DNA of 64,000 nucleotides from a virus, in IMG/VR virus record IMGVR_UViG_3300035034_001349, positions 1 to 64,000 of that record. The stretch is one strand, 5' to 3'. The notes beneath the pieces were generated by a model that saw nothing but the letters and a program-made list of their open reading frames with translations, ran no database searches and was not told the origin of the DNA. Of the stretch, positions 62,836-64,000 are shown piece after piece. Numbering within the stretch: the first letter of the stretch is position 1; the number at the start of each line of letters is the position of its first letter. Both the position numbers and the translations under genes were made by a program.

Positions 62836-62908
62836 TCCTTTCTTTATATTTAATTAATTTATCTCTTTATTATAATAGAATGTTTAATAATGATAACAAA
62901 ATATTAAT

Positions 62909-63427
62909 ATGAATTTAGATAAGTCAACGAAAGGTGGTAGGAATAGAATGGATAAATATACAAGTAAACAGAAGATAATAACTGAGGGTGCATTATTTCT
63001 TAATGAAGATACTTCCTCAGAGGTACTAAATGAAAAAGTTACCAAAGAAGATGTCAAAGATAAGATGATTAAAGCTAAGGGTCTAATTAAGAAATTAATG
63101 GGTTTAAAGCCTGAAGACTTGGTTAAAGAAAGAAGTTCTATAACTGAAATATTTAAATTAGTACTAGGTACAACAGCATTACTATTAGTACTGAATAGTG
63201 CTTTAATAGCTTTATTAGGCTCATTAACAGCATCTTTCATTAATAATAAGGTTAAAGACAGTGAAAGAAAGAAACTAAAAAGTTCATATGAAACACAACT
63301 GAAGATTGTTAAAGAAAAGTTAGAAGATGCAAAAAAGGAAGATAATAAAAAAGAGAAATACAAGTTAATGAAGCTAGAATCAGAGTTAGAAAATAATATT
63401 AAGAAGTTAGAAAAAGCGGGTATTTAA
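62909..63427 (+). CDS. Late protein with hydrophobic segment, probable internal head protein (start may be 62948)
   Basis: Late promoter 62895-62906; N-terminal ITE/LNE motifs; hydrophobic helix followed by a coiled coil. Confidence 0.6.
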   Translation: MNLDKSTKGGRNRMDKYTSKQKIITEGALFLNEDTSSEVLNEKVTKEDVKDKMIKAKGLIKKLMGLKPEDLVKERSSITEIFKLVLGTTALLLVLNSALIALLGSLTASFINNKVKDSERKKLKSSYETQLKIVKEKLEDAKKEDNKKEKYKLMKLESELENNIKKLEKAGI

Positions 63428-63445
63428 TAGAAAAGAGGTGTTTAA

Positions 63446-63988
63446 ATGGGTCTTAAAGGAATGTTTCTTATACAAGAAGCACCTAATGAGGTTGATGAAA
63501 CTATTCATGAACCAACAGAAGATGATGCTGAAGTTAAATCTGATAAAAAAGATGATGAAGAAGAGGAACAAATTAATAATAATGATTCAGATGACAATGA
63601 AGATGACGTAGATGATGAAGAAATAGACTCTGATGACAATGAAGATGATGAAGAATCTGACGATGAAATTGATGATCCTGAAATTGAAAAGTCTGACGAT
63701 GAGAATACAAAAAAATATAAATTATATGAAGACTATGAGAAACTGTTAGTTATCGCAGAGGAACTAAATGAGTCATTGACTCACATAGATATTTCTAGTG
63801 ATGAGAAAATAGGTAATGAAGTATTGAATACGCTATCTAGTAAGATAGATGATAATGTTGACAAAATGAACTTTGTCCTAGTTAACAGTTTTGATGACTT
63901 TTCATATAAGAAACTACTCACTATATATTTGTATTGCAAGAACTCTTTATCGCTCATATCAGAATTGTTAAATGAGTTGTTAAAATAA
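63446..63988 (+). CDS. Acidic late protein, probable internal head protein
   Basis: FLIQEA N-terminus, D/E-rich linker, helical C-terminal domain. Confidence 0.6.
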   Translation: MGLKGMFLIQEAPNEVDETIHEPTEDDAEVKSDKKDDEEEEQINNNDSDDNEDDVDDEEIDSDDNEDDEESDDEIDDPEIEKSDDENTKKYKLYEDYEKLLVIAEELNESLTHIDISSDEKIGNEVLNTLSSKIDDNVDKMNFVLVNSFDDFSYKKLLTIYLYCKNSLSLISELLNELLK

Positions 63989-64000
63989 TAAACATATTAA

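Noticed and set aside
6970-63363. Other short opposite-strand ORFs overlapping real genes (e.g. 6970..7416, 11822..12316, 23101..23394, 33485..33883, 43173..43553, 62884..63363)
   Set aside because: They have the same shadow-frame composition and lie almost wholly over better-supported genes.
1-64000. CRISPR array, tRNA/tmRNA genes, IS elements, inteins
   Set aside because: I saw no regularly spaced repeats, cloverleaf/T-loop signatures, transposase motifs or intein termini by eye.
1-64000. Phage nucleus components (chimallin, PhuZ), Ugi, sigma-like subunit, major capsid protein
   Set aside because: None is recognisable in this window. They may lie elsewhere in the genome or among the hypothetical proteins.
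1-64000. Alternative genetic code (stop-codon reassignment)
   Set aside because: Core genes are full length in the standard code, and TAA, TAG and TGA all occur at gene ends.

Overview
This window is 64 kb of a very AT-rich jumbo myovirus genome of the PhiKZ-related, Bacillus phage AR9/PBS1-like type. Strong AGGAGG/AAAGGAG Shine-Dalgarno sites suggest a Firmicute-type host. It encodes subunits of two multisubunit RNA polymerases: virion RNAP (beta, beta'-N with DYDGD, small beta'-C) and non-virion RNAP (beta-N, and a beta'-C interrupted by a 389-nt group I intron). Replication and nucleotide genes are a split family-B DNA polymerase, SF2 helicase, SbcC/Rad50 ATPase, dCMP deaminase, a HAD nucleotidase and two HU-like proteins. 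Morphogenesis genes are terminase, portal, prohead protease, tail sheath, tail tube, a partial tape-measure-like protein missed by the ORF track, a GroES-like protein and a holin-like protein. Two promoter motifs can be read directly: early TATATTAT(AA-N3-TGA) and late AACA-N6-TA (17 gene-proximal copies). The late motif matches the AR9 late promoter, which depends on template uracils, hinting at a dU-containing genome. Unexplained accessory structure includes a ~5-kb tandem array of about 11 divergent paralogs with an F/W-K-x-x-L/V-F motif and homopolymer frameshifts, five tandem 3-TM membrane proteins, two candidate structured ncRNAs, an SD-sequestered 8-aa micro-ORF, a hairpin-bridged SD on the portal gene, and two origin-like AT-rich tracts sharing a G-rich box. 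All protein calls come from motif recognition by eye, with no database search.
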